NCBI GenBank assembly: GCA_046563655.1
Contig: CM102290.1
Location: forward strand, 15,190,001 to 15,254,000
Direction: 5' to 3'
DNA: 64,000 nt
DNA from: Yuukianura sp. NJ FZ-2021
Taxonomy: Eukaryota
Below are positions 51,526 to 64,000 of this stretch, piece by piece (positions within the stretch are counted from its first letter, which is position 1; the number at the start of each line of letters is the position of its first letter). The notes under the pieces are model-generated. The model was not told the origin of the DNA. It saw nothing but the letters and a program-made list of their open reading frames with translations, and made no database searches. Both the position numbers and the translations under genes were made by a program.

Positions 51526-53652
51526 ATGTCGGAAGGAGTGGGGGTGACGATGGAGGACATTCCAGTTCTAACCAATGGATCCAACGACGAATGCAGTGCT
51601 GTCATGACCAAATTCATCGCAAAGGTAATCTTTCCATTCCCACAACACCATTTTACAAGTTGGGAATTGTCATTTTGTTCTTGTTTTAGAACGAGAAGAG
51701 AGTGAAGTTGGATGAAGTGTCGCAGGAAGTGAAAGAGGCCCTTTGCCAAGGGATTCTGGCCAGGATGTCCCAACCAACAACTACACCAGCCTTGGTCAAC
51801 CTTCTCCTCAACTCCCTCAGAATACTCTCGTAAACCACACTTTACAATTTCAAATCAACGAAACACTAAACGTTTGACCTTGTGATTAGTCGAGAGCTGT
51901 CCACCTTGGATAAAGTCATCACAGAAGATCACATCCAAACTATTCTCAAAGTGGCCAAACTCAAGTCCAGCCATGAGTTCCCCAACTGTGCACAGTCTGG
52001 TCAGTACGTTGGAGTTAGTCCTTAGGATGAAACGTAAATTTTGGTTGTTTTTCAGAGTCACTGGAAGCACTCAAGGTCATTTTCAACATGACTTTTCAAA
52101 GCGCAGTCCTCCGAAGGAAGTTTGTGTCCAGTGGTCTCCTGGAGCGTTTGGTCGGAAACGTCGAATCCCAGAGTCCCTTTGAAACCAAGTACTTTGGAAT
52201 GCGGATTCTGTTCATCATGACTGCCCTGCTGAGGGACTGTGTGTAAGACTCCATTCCACCAATTAATCAACTCCAGGACTCAATTACTTTTTGTTTTAGT
52301 CCTAAGGTGAGGAAGGAGCTGAAGGGAGTGACTGTTCTGATTCGGCATTTGAATTCCATGGACTGGACAAAGGAGTTGGAGGATGAGACGGTGGATTTCG
52401 TGTCAGAAGTGTTGAAAGTTCTGTACAATCTGCTCTACAATCCACTGGGAAATGAAAGTACGGGAGATTCGGAGGAAGAGGAGCAGAAGATGGCCTTGGA
52501 TTTGGTCAAAGGGATGTTCCTAAGATACCTCAAAGTCCACACCAACAGAGACGATATCCAGAGGTACTTTAACCCAATTTCTAATTAGACTACTATAAAC
52601 AAATCCTGATTCCTGATTAGTAATTCCTCATTTTGTTTTTTGTGTAGTCATGCGATTGATTTGCTGAATGTGATTCCACAAGAGATGTTTGGTGAGTTGG
52701 TAGAGGAGAAGGGAGAGTGCGAGTTCCAGTACGAAGGGCATGACATGGGGGCCATCGAAAGTCTCGTCATTTTCCTGGACAGACGCCTGGACATCAAACC
52801 CGTACGATCCACTTACTTTCTATGTAGAATCTTAATTTTAATTTGTTGTTTTGCAGGGCCCGAAGAGTGGATCAGTGACTGAGCTTTTGTCTCCAGTTCT
52901 GTCAGTGCTTGTGCGGCTTGCGTCGACTAGTCGCCTTTGTCGCAAGTACTTGAAATCCAGGATTCTGCCGCCGTTGAGGAAAGTGGATGTTTTGCAGCGA
53001 CCGGAGGTGGGGAGCACACTGAGGAACAAACTGTGTGTCCTCATGACGTCCCCCGCCAGTCCAGTCACCCACCTTGTCTCCAACCTCCTCTTCATTCTAG
53101 TCAAGGAAAATGGTAAGGAAGAAAACATCAACTTTAGTTTGGATTACTCAATCCTTAAGTGTCTGTCTTTTTCAGTTCAGCGACTCATCAAGTACACGGG
53201 GTTTGGAAATGCTGCTGGGCTCATGGCCAACCGCGGCCTATTTGGAGGGGGGAAACCCCCTCCAACTGGACGTTACTCGTCGGACTCCGAAGACTCAGAC
53301 ACAGAAGAGTACAAGGAAGTGTCCCATCTGCAAGTTGAAATTATTATTTTATATTCTAAATTATATTTTAAATTATATGAAATGATTGTTTAGTGTGAAT
53401 GGATTCGGGTGGATTGAGCCTGAGCATCCTCCCCCTTGTGCCGGCATGACAGAGGAGCAGAAGGAAGTGGAGGCCATGAAGTTGGTCAATGCCATTGACA
53501 AGTTGAACAGACACCAACTGATCCAGCCCCTCCAAGTGGGGAGGGACGGCAGACTCCAGCCACTGGAACACGTCACTCAACTCCTGGACACTGCTGGAGA
53601 CAACCTCATTCGCACCACACAACCTCCAGACAGCGACTCAGACTCCGCTTGA
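51526..53652 (+). CDS. RIC8: Ric-8/synembryn G-alpha chaperone and GEF
   Basis: LRILSRE, EALKVIFN, ILPPLRKVDVLQRPEVGSTLRNKL, IKYTGFGNAAGLMANRGL, YSSDSEDSDTEEY, GMTEEQKEVEAMKLVN. Confidence 0.96.
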
Positions 53653-53898
53653 ACACCAAAACTATTCAATTCCGTACTTGTCATTACCATGAGCATTACT
53701 ATGCACTTCCTACTTTTGACTTTTACTTAAACCATCCAACTTAACTTTTGGTTAACCCAAAGTCACTAATAAAAGTTCCCAGCAGCACTGCATGTAAGTT
53801 GTTTATTCACTAAAACTCAAACTTTGACTTGTGGCAGTATGGACAGTTTTCTAGCGTTGGAGACAAGTTTTGTGGATTGCGTGGATGGGAGTGGGAAC

Positions 53899-55521
53899 TT
53901 AGTATGTGGGACGAGTTAGAGGCTCCGTCTTAGGTGGGGCTGGTGGGGCAAACTCTCCAAGTTCTTCGCCCTGGTCCAAACCATATCTAAAGGTGTACAG
54001 TTCCCACTCAATCCGACTCTCCAACTCCGTCAAAGTCACGCCCAAATCCTCCAGTTTCGGATTTCCAGTGAGGACGTCCGTCACATGATCCTGGAGAGTA
54101 ATGGAAACAATCAATTACTTGGCTTTATTTGGGAAATTATGGCCTACCTTCTCCAATTTCTCCCAATCCAGATAGCCCATTGGCCAACTAGGGGACAACC
54201 CAGCAGCAAAGATTTTAGCTCGGATGACGGGATCCCAAAACAACTCGCTTCTTTTGTAGTTCCGTTCTGGTGGGCGTCGAATGACTCGGAAAATGTAGTC
54301 CAGCAGTTCAGACAGACGGTATCGCTTGGGGCTGAAACCAATTAATAACTGACATCATTCAGCTGAACAAAACGAAGAAATGGGCATCCGAATTCCGCTT
54401 ACCCAGCGATATCGTAGATTTTGCCAGCACTCTCGGGGTCTTTGATTGCGTTGACGACTCCTGCAGCCACGTCGCTCAAAAAGACGGGTTGCTTCACAGT
54501 CTGTGTCCCCTTCTTCCACAGCGGCATGGTTTTGAACCCTCGACGCCAAAAGGCTGCGTAGTACATGAGGAACCGATCACCTTGACCAAAGATGTCCGCA
54601 GGCCGAAAGATCGTTGCAGTCGGAAACTCATCCAGAACGGCCAGCTCCCCTTCGTACTTGCTCTTTAGGAATCGGGATCCCTCGGGCAGCATCAGCGGCT
54701 GAAACATAGTCATTTTTAACTTATTTGAAATAAATGTTGAGCTTGTTGAAGTTGAAATGCTTACTGTGGGATGGGGCGATGCGTTGAGGCTGGAGAAGTG
54801 AATGAGGCGCTTCACTCCCGACTCCCGGCAGATTCTGGCGATATTCCTGGCTCCAGTCACATGAACATCTTTGAAGGTGTAATTCTTAGTTTCCCAGTCT
54901 CTGCCGATGAGGTTGATGACAACGTTGGAGTATTTGACTGCCTAAGAATCACAATCAACTTACTTTGACTAGTTTGGACTTTGTATTTTGTGTGGAGTTA
55001 CCTTTCGAATGGACTCCTCGTCCTTGAGGTTGTAGGGATGAAAGAGGACTTGGCCCAAGTCCCCCACCAGTTTGTAGTGTCGAATGTCATAGTCATCACC
55101 ACGGTAAGGGATGATGACCTGGAACAAAGTGGAAGGTTAGAATGGGATAAACAGAAGGTTAATTTGTATCTGACCTGGGTTCCAATTCTGCCGAGGCGAT
55201 TGCAAAGTGGGAGACCAACTAATCCAGAAGCACCAAAGACAGTGGCGACCACTCCATTGAATGACGACCTCCCTCCAGTCCCTCTCTTCATTCCGGACAG
55301 AGTGGGATCAAGGTAAGAGGTTGGTTTGGGTTCGGCCACTGGACGTTTCGGCCCATCAGATGAAGTGGAGTACTTGGACACTGCTCCACTGTTGGCTCTA
55401 ACCACGAGTGTCAACCCATTGCCCCCTGCAAAAAACAGTGTTAGTATGCTTGCAATTGAATTGATTTGGTGGAGAAGTTACTTGAGCTCTTGAGAACAAC
55501 TCCGGATAATGCAGCCGCCAT
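53899..55521 (-). CDS. NDUFA9: NADH dehydrogenase (ubiquinone) 1 alpha subcomplex subunit 9 (39 kDa)
   Basis: [85 protein letters not shown]. Confidence 0.97.
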
Positions 55522-57454
55522 GGAGCTAAAGCGTGGCTTAAACGATCAATCACCAACACATTGACGAATGCTAATTCACTTCCTCCTTCCGAATTTCGGG
55601 GAGTAAAAATATTTCCTTGCGTCTTGTTTTTATTTTCCTTGATCTTGATCCTACTCGATCATCTGCTCTTCGAAATTTCAATTTTTTTTTATCAACTTTA
55701 CTTTTAAATTTCAAATTCCCGCTTTCTCGTTGAGAGAATGAGAGACCCATGTTTCAAGTTCAAAACGTAGCAGTGCCTAATGGCCAGATAACCATGTCAG
55801 CAGTTTTGTTGTTATGCGAGGATTAGCCTTCAATATGACTTGGATTGCACTTGAGACGAAATGCCAAAACCAAAAGTTGTCAAAGCAGCTTGTTCGCTCT
55901 CTCGGTCCGCACCCAGGACGAGATTCACATAAATACTTCGAGCGAGGTGGATCCAACTCCCTCAGTCCCTCACTCTCTCAAAAGAGACAAGAGTGAACGA
56001 CAAGAATTTGTTGAGCTTCCCTTTTATATGGAGACGAAAGGAGTAGAACGAAGGAGTGTTTTACTCTTTTAGAGTTGGATGTTGGGGGAGGAAGTGGGTG
56101 GCAATGGAAAAAATGCACGTGGGGACCATCCCAACTCCAAACCCCCAAAATTCAAACATTTTGGGTGGAAAAACGGAGAAAGTTCGACAGGACAGGCAGA
56201 ATCAATTGGACTTGAGTCAAGCTCTATTTTATTTTTGTTTTTGTAGACCAAACTCTTTTCTCCATGCAATTTCGCTTCTCAAATCTAAATAAAAGTTCCA
56301 AAAGCTTTTCAATTTCACTTTTCCTATGTACATCCTTTCTCCTACTTTCTTTGTACTTTTCGTATGAAAGGTAAAAAAAAATGAATTTTTCATGTTATTT
56401 AGCCGAAAGCAGAGCTAAAATGGCCTATTAATGCGGAAATTGTTTTTTTTTCCTGTGAAGAAACAGAAACGACAGTGGTAACAATTTTATTGTATAAAGA
56501 GTAATTTGTGATTAATTCTCCATCATCATTTCGACAGAAAAACTTGAATTTTTTGAGTGTGAAAAGCACAGAAAGTTGCTGAGAACAGGGAGAGTCTGTA
56601 AGAGTTCACTCCACTTTATTTCTGTTTCTCTTTTTTCCAACTCCACAAACACAAATTCTGAATTCATTTTCGTTTTTTCAAATAAATTAAATGTTCAAAA
56701 TACCTTCAAATTTCACTCTCTTTGCATTATTTTGACGAGCTTTCTTTGAGTTTTGGTTTCAATTAGAAAATCTACTGTTTAACAATGGTTGAAACGTAAA
56801 AAATGGAAGTTGTGTTGAAATTAGTGTTTTTTGTGGTTTAGGGACAGGAAATACACTTGTAGTAATTATTTCACTCTGTTGAGTTGTCATTTAAGTTCAT
56901 AATTTAATCGTTAAAGTGCACTAAATTTGCACAACTGTTCAAATGTCAAAATAACTTTCTCCGTTCAAGGTCTAGGTTTGTTTGATGCTCATAAGGAGGG
57001 AGGACGCCGCATTTGGAACAATGGCGCTAAATTCCCAATTTTAAACTATTTGAAAAATAAATGGATCCGACAAAGAGCTTTTCTCTCTTCACCCCTTCCC
57101 TTCACCATAAGTGGATTTTTGTAAAAATGCAATTAGGCTAAAGTTGTTAGGCTTAAAGAATAGACTAGTGCTGGAGTAAATTTAATTAATTTAATTGTAA
57201 TCAACTCACTCAGTTTTAATTATGCAGAGCTTATTCTAGTTGTTTTGCTGCTTCTACTTTTAAATTGTGTTTTAAATCCATATGCTGTGCTCCCATAACT
57301 TGGGCGTGGAGGAGAGGTGTGTAGCTTCTACAGTTACCCGTATTTAAAATTCATAGAGTAAAAATTACGAATGACCCAGTTCGATTAGTTGGATTGATGA
57401 TTGATTATTCGTTTATTTAATTAATGATTAACTTGTAGCGTAGAAGTGATAATT

Positions 57455-58256
57455 ATGGATCCAGAACTGAGACGAGAAAGAGAACGGTTCCTCAAGGAAA
57501 CACCCACGTAAGCCAATCACTAGAGTAATGGAAGATTGGAGTAATCGAAATGGACGATTAGAATTAGAGTAATCGATTAGTTTAGATAGTGTTCATTAAT
57601 CATTAACTGGTTCTGTTTTTACAGTGCAGAGAATAGGGTACGAAGGTATGAGGCAGAAGAAAAGAGGAAGTCAATTGGAACTAAACCAGCGTAAGTGGAG
57701 TGTCCATCATAAGATTAAGTCAGTTATTTCATTAGTAATTGATTGATTTCTGTTTGTAGGTCTGCTCTAGAGGTAAGTGACAAATACTCCTGCCACGGTG
57801 GTTCATGTCATGTCAAAGTGTTTTTTGGATTGAAATGTGAAAATGTTATGTTTTTATTGGAAGAGAAAGAAGAAGGTGGATGCGTTATTGGCGGGTTCTA
57901 AGCTGAGTATGCTGCAGAGTGGAAAGTACATTGAACCATCGGAAGTATGCAGAGTGAGTCGGCGACAACTGAAGAAGGAGCGGAAGGCGGAGCGTGAGAA
58001 GACGAATGGTCCCGGGTGGTTCAACATGGGAGCACCAGAACTCACAACTGAAAGGAAGAATGACATGGAGGCCCTTCGACTTCGTTCTGTGCTGGAGACG
58101 AAACGATTCTACAAGAGGAACAACATCACGTCCATCCCCAAGTATTTCCAAGTGGGCAGAGTGGTGGAAACTCCAGCAGACTTCTACAGCTCCAGAATAC
58201 CCAAGAAACAGAGGAAACAAACAGTGGCTGAGGAACTCGTGGCTGATCTGGAGTGA
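57455..58256 (+). CDS. Fcf2/DNTTIP2-domain protein with TFIIE-beta-like N-terminal exons; exons 57455-57507, 57625-57690, 57760-57772, 57864-58256
   Basis: Last exon GPGWFNMGAPELT..LRLRSVL..RFYKR..PKYFQVGRVVETPADFYSSRIPKKQRKQTVAEELVAD is an Fcf2 domain; three upstream exons with GTAAG donors splice in frame. Confidence 0.7.
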
Positions 58257-58462
58257 CGCTCCTCTTTTAATTTCATCTTCAATCTACTACTGTGAGTTCC
58301 CATTTCCGATGGACATGTTTTAATTGACTACTTTATTAACGCGCTAGTTTCTAGTGCTCTCATTAAAACGTATTTTTTGATGGAATTGTTAATTTTTGTA
58401 TTGTTTCGAAGGAGTTTGATTCTGGTGGGAGTAGGGAGAGGGTTGGGGTTGGATGGGCTTTG

Positions 58463-59281
58463 TATGGAGGGATATTAGTAGCTAAACTAATTAAACTTTT
58501 TCCCCGCCAGTTAAAGTTTCTCCAATTAAAAGGTTGCCCTTTCGCCAATTAAACAAAATTAATCTAAATAATCAATAATCTAATATATAAATAATTATTT
58601 AATAATTATATAATAATTATTATATAATATCATTATATTATAGGCAGTGTTAGAACTGAAATATTTCACTTTTCAGTGAAAAATGAAAAAAACTGAAAAA
58701 AAGTGAAAAATACATGAAACGAAATAAACCTTTTCAGCTTCTTTAATTTATTTCACTGATAAGCTGAAATATTTTAGTGCAATATTTCAATTTTTTTCAC
58801 TTTTTTTCAATTTGTTTCAGTGAAATCAAAAAAAACATAGGTGAAATTTTCAGTTAAATTCACTTTGTTACAGTTTCTTTCAATTTTTCAGTTTTATTCA
58901 TTTATTTCAGTTTCTTTCACGGAAACGAAAAAAACTACCCGACCGTTAAATATATACAACACTGATTATAGGTTAGGTAGGTATTATTATATTAATATTA
59001 TTATACTAGCTTAATTTAATTTACAGAATGATTAAAATAAATATGACATAATTTGGGTGCCATTATATAACATATGCCCGGTATCACCCTTGAGTATTTT
59101 TGTGAAATCTATTGGGAAGAAATCTTACGTTTACCCGATTAACTTTTCACCGACTTAGTGCCAGTTAAAATGGATTTTTTTTTGCCAATTAATTAAATTG
59201 GCCAAAGTTAACCTTTTTTAATTGGGGAAACTAGTTAGTGGGGAAAAATGTGATTAGTTTTGCTACAAATATCCCTCCATA
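58463..59281. mobile_element. About 820-bp element with about 90-bp imperfect TIRs, possible TA TSD
   Basis: TATGGAGGGATATTAGTAGCTAAACTAAT..TTTTTCCCC versus GGGGAAAAA..ATTAGTTTTGCTACAAATATCCCTCCATA. Confidence 0.75.
58645..58947. mobile_element. MITE family D, second copy, nested in the TIR element
   Basis: Reverse complement of 20791-21093 with scattered substitutions. Confidence 0.9.
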
Positions 59282-59658
59282 GTGTTGCCTATCTGTGCCA
59301 CTTGATTTAAGTGGTGCGCCGACACCTCTGCAGAGAATCTTATGGCAAATCTCTCTGCTCCCCTCTCCCCTCTCACGAACATCAGTCGGAAGTAAGTGTT
59401 TTTTTATAAGACGTCAAGAGTATAGAATAGAACCGTCCGTTTTAAAAGTAATAACAGTGATTTAAGTAGGAAATCAGGACGATTTAGGAATTACTATCAA
59501 CCTACTTTGGCCCTTACCAGTTTCATCACTTGGCTTTTTCTATTTCAGTATTTGATTTGTTTGTCCTTGACCCAACATATGTGGATTGAAGAACATGTTG
59601 AGGAACTTTGGGACAGGACTGGATGACGTTTAGTGTCCGTCCACTCCACAGAAGGACC

Positions 59659-62600
59659 ATGGGTGACTTGAGGAGGAAACCCACCGACCCTCGCACAAAC
59701 AACGAGTCGGTGGACTCGCAGTTCCTCCAAGACCTGGAAAGAGCCACCCGCCTCAGCATCCAGTCATTCAAAACTGAACAAGACAATCGGAACAACGTCA
59801 AGCGCCTCTTCTCCCCTCCAGGCTCAAAAGTGTCATCCAATGTCAAGGAGGTCAATGGCCGTAAGTCACTATTCAGGAACAGACTATGTTGGAAAGCATA
59901 AATAAAGCTAACAGGAAACAGAACTAATCTGCACGTTGTTGGAAAAGTGATTAGTCGTCACTTGGTCATGTCTCACCTCTCTTTATCTTGTCCATTCCTA
60001 TCTGTTTATGCTTCTCAAGTGGTCCAACTTTTAGTCTCTCCAATAATAGAACTTTAGTCTCAAAACTTTTATTAGTGTGTGTTGAATAATAGAAAGTTGT
60101 GTTTTCAGGAGACAAGGAGCGACCCCTTGAAATCTCTCCAAGGCCACGACCTCAAGCCAGGCCCATCTCTGCACTCTTCCCCTCTTCAGTCCAGTCTGGA
60201 GGAAGTCAGAACAGGAACAACGGAATTCTTAGTCCACCTCCAGCTGACTCTCCAGTCATCCCACCTCCATCTCCCTTCAAAAGACACAGAAGTCTCCCCT
60301 ACCGCAGAAACGTCACGCACCCACCACTGCCCCACCCTCACAAAAACGACAAGGAAACGAACAAAAGTGGACACCACTCAGACGATCTCATCTCTCTCGC
60401 AAGTCCACTAGTCACTCCCAAGTTTGGTCGGATCAACTGTGATACTTACGCACTCCCTCTGGACAACATCATGACCTCATCCCCACCCAAGGGCCCCCCT
60501 CAACATGGACAGGGCCCCCCTCTGTCACAACGACCCATGCTCTACCCCATCTTGTCACAACCACTCACTCCTTCCTCCATTGGACACAGTACGCATGGGC
60601 TAGGCACAACTTCAGCCGTCATCGGAGGGATTCTGCACAATCTAGCCAAGGCAAAAGCCACTCCCTCCACTCCGCCCTACAGAAAAGTGTCGGAGGAGTT
60701 GAGGGAAATGAGTGGGGATCTCATTGACTTTGGATCCACATCTACACTGGACGTGGAGGAGGGAGGGGGGCACTCCATTCTGGACTACTTTGACCCCCTC
60801 CTCATGAGAGAACGGAAGTCGCAGAAGGAGGAGGGAGTGGAGGAGCTGTACAATGCCTCCTGCGTCTCCACAGCCACCTCCGCCTTCACCTACCGCTCCT
60901 CCAGTGGCTCTCTCTCACTCTACCCCTCTCTCCAGGACTTTGAGCAGGAAAACGTGTATGGAACTCTGAGTGGAACTCTGAGACGACGCCACCACCAAGA
61001 CACCATGTCCAGTCTCCATGATGTCTACAATCCCTTCGAGTACTCGTACACAGTCTCATGCTCCTCTCCCGCCTACGACTCCAGAACTCCCAATGGACAC
61101 TCTGGACCAACGCCCATTGGGTTCTGTGTCACACCTCTGGACAACAGTTCCTTCAAGGGACGAAGGGACTCCTCCATCTCCACCGCCTCCTCCACAGTTC
61201 AAATCAGAAGTCGCTCTCTATCGCATGACAAGGTCACTTTCATTCAAAACTTTCCTTACTTCAACCTAACTACAAGAAACACTTAACAATTTTACAGTTT
61301 TTTCTGAGAAATGGTTGGGGGTGACAACACTGCGCGTCTTTTGTCATTGTGACCTTGAGGTCGTTCAATATCAAGTCCACTCTTTACTTTTTATAAGAAG
61401 GCGGAGCTCAGAATGGACAAGCATTGTGTATTGTTGCATAAGATCCACCTCCTGGAGGAATCCAGGAGTAAACACGAGTATAATTTTAATTGTGGTCGCA
61501 ATGACACGAAATGTTTACAAATTCCTTTCTGCAAAAACACCTAAAATTATGTTCAACTGCGCAGCGATTAAAGGTGACCAACGACTGGAGTCTGTCACCT
61601 CCTTACACCATTTCTCAGAAATTTCCTAAAAGTACAATTAAAATCCTCCTTTTTGTAATAAAGTTCATTCAATCATTCATAACCACTCCAACTACCCACC
61701 TACGACGCAGTGTTTCACTTGAACTTGAACGAGAGGAAACTGAATTTGAGATTGACCGAAATTAAAATATTGTTTCGTTTTTGATTTCAGAGTAAACGAG
61801 GAGGGAAACTGTACGAGAACATTGAGAGCGTCATGAACATTGGTGTGACGGATTGCGAAATCCAAGCTCTGGCGGAAATGATTCGGGACATCAGACGTAG
61901 GCACCAATTACCAATTCAAAATGCTAAATGTTTAATTCATAATGTAAAATGTTGAAAGTGAATTTGTGTGTAGAGTCGTGTCGTCATGTGGACTGGAATA
62001 CGAACAAGGGGTACATCAAGAGTCCCGTGCTGGAGAACAACTCCAACCCCAAGGGGTTCAGTGTCAAGGTCGTCGTGTGGCCAGAAACCTCCAATGCAGA
62101 TCCAGTCACCTTCACCTCAGACAGTAACACTTCCATAATACTTTTATTATACATAGTACATAGTACATAGTACATAATACATAATACATAATACTTTTGT
62201 GGACGGAGTTTGTAATTTGTGAATGTGTTTAGTTTGTTCTGGAGCTGATTTGGTGGTGGAGCAGAGTATTTTGGAGCTAGGGATCGAGGGTTCAGCGCGT
62301 GAGTACTTGCTAAGGGTCAAGGGCCTCAACGAGTACTTGGAGGGCGACATTCCACTCGCACACTACGTCTATGTCCAGCACTCCATCAAAATGGACGAAG
62401 ACGTCCAGTTTATAGTCACCAAACGATCTTCCATCGCCAAGGACTCTTACGCCAGAACGGTACTTGGCATTTTAATTTACAAAATTAAAACTCGTTTTAC
62501 TAAGTTAAAATTAAAACTGTTTTTACTAACTTGTATGTTTTTGTAGCAATTGGATGACACTCGAGCTGAGCATTTCAACTTGGACGAGCTTCTGCCTCCA

Positions 62601-64000
62601 GTGCACGGAAGAACAATCACGTTTGATGAAATTACGATTCCACTCCAAATCATCGACAGTGAGGCTGAGCGGATTCGGGACAAGGTCAACGCCCACATGA
62701 GTGGCGGAGTGGTGAGCTCCAAGGAAACGACAGGAGCAGGAGTCATCAGCTCTGCTCTGCTCATTCAGCCAGTCAAAGCAGTCTGCGTCCTCCTCAACGA
62801 AGTCGTCACGATCGAAATAGTCAACTGCCTCAACTTCTTCGCCAACGCCTGCGACGATTGGAACGCCAACGTGAAGGTAACCTCTCCGTCCATTGGAGAC
62901 AGACGCAGTTCAACTGACGTGTGTGACACGCGGAGGACGAAGATCATTGGGGATGTGGGGAGGGACTACTCCTTTGTGGAAGTGAGGCCCAGTGTGAGAG
63001 ACACTCTGCACAAACCCAACAAGGAACTCGTCTTTTGTGCCATGGAGCGCCTCATCTCCTCCGTCCTCAACTTGGTCGAAACTTACTCCAAGTCTTTCCC
63101 AGTCAGTTTCCGCATGAAAGACGCTCCACCCAAAACTAGACCCGAATCTCAAGGTACTTTTCAACTCTTGCTAAAAAGAGTAATTGAGTAAGGTTAATTG
63201 AATTTGTGAATTGTAGATATGAAACCAATGGGAGAGAGGAACGATCCGTTCCTCATCCGGATTGGAGCCATCCATCGTCTAAAGTCAGAGTGGCTCACAA
63301 TGTATGTGGACTACTTTTTAGTGGCTGAGGTTTTGCATGGATCCTGTTGGATGGGCAACTCCACAACTACTTTTGCACCCGTCACAAGAGCAGAGGGTCA
63401 CTGCTTCTTCAACACAGTCATCTTCGACTCCTGGATTCGATTTGACCATCTCCCCATTTGCATCATCCCAAGAGAAGCACGCTGTGTCTTCACTCTCTTC
63501 GGAAGGAAACCAGCAGACGACAACAACACACTGGAAATACAGGAACTGGGATGGGCCAGCATCCAGTGCATCTCTTTCAAACAGTAAGTCACTATTTACA
63601 TCCCATGTAAATACCTAATTACATCTTACATGTTACATCTTCATGTGATTAAATTGATGGAATTGAATTGTAGGCTTTTGGTCCAAGGAGACTACTTGCT
63701 TCCTTTTTGGGAAGTTGGTTTGGCTCAACAGAGAACTGGGCCTGCGCCAAATTCATCCACTGATGCAAACGCCCCTCTCATCAGTAACAAAACTTTCACT
63801 ATTTTGGAAAAAGGGTAAAGATTGTGGTTAATTTGGAACTTATTTTTTTGGAAATAGGTGTGGAGTTTATAGACTTTGGGCAAGACATGCCTTTTCCTGA
63901 AATTCCGACCAGAATGGAATTCCGTCGTGAGTTTGGAACTCTGGACACAAACACTCAAGTGCTGCTCAAAGACATCATCGCCACTGGAGTGTTGACCAAA
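59659..64000 (+). CDS. Class II phosphatidylinositol 3-kinase (PI3K-C2 / Pi3K68D-like), 3' truncated by the window
   Basis: N-terminal QFLQDLERATRLS motif, DLIDF/LDYFDPL motifs, RBD-like YLLRVKGLNEYL..YVQHSIK, C2 domain FDSWIRF..ICIIPREARCVFTLFG..ELGWAS..LLVQGDYLLPFW. Confidence 0.88.

Noticed and set aside
13428..53652. Functional cluster of spindle/centrosome genes (Mud-like, CP110, Ric-8)
   Set aside because: Separated by unrelated genes; no shared regulation is evident, so chance is sufficient.

Overview
Gene-dense eukaryotic DNA with many 50-70 nt spliceosomal introns, from a compact-genome protostome, most likely an arthropod (IR25a, troponin T with a poly-Glu tail, Mud-like gene). Order: 5' part of CTR9 (-), a MITE fragment, a 3.3 kb 11-bp satellite, about 4.5 kb with no recognisable coding sequence, a TE-rich island (BED-finger ORF, Helentron/DINE-like elements, MITE, a GID8 copy with an internal TAG), a short NuMA/Mud-like gene (-), CIAO2B (+), RPS13 (-), PHRF1 (+), three intact tandem IR25a genes (+), troponin T (+), RNF141 (-), CP110-like (+), Ric-8 (+), NDUFA9 (-), an apparent TFIIE-beta/Fcf2 chimeric gene (+) and the 5' part of a class II PI3K (+). 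The main result is the IR25a array. IR25a is usually single-copy. Here the three copies have strongly diverged amino-terminal domains but an almost base-identical pore block (intron included), and the two halves of the S2 ligand-binding lobe are shared in different pairs, so copy 3 is a mosaic of copies 1 and 2. Gene calls come from my own splicing and translation plus remembered family sequences; no searches were run, and exon boundaries may be off by a few bases.
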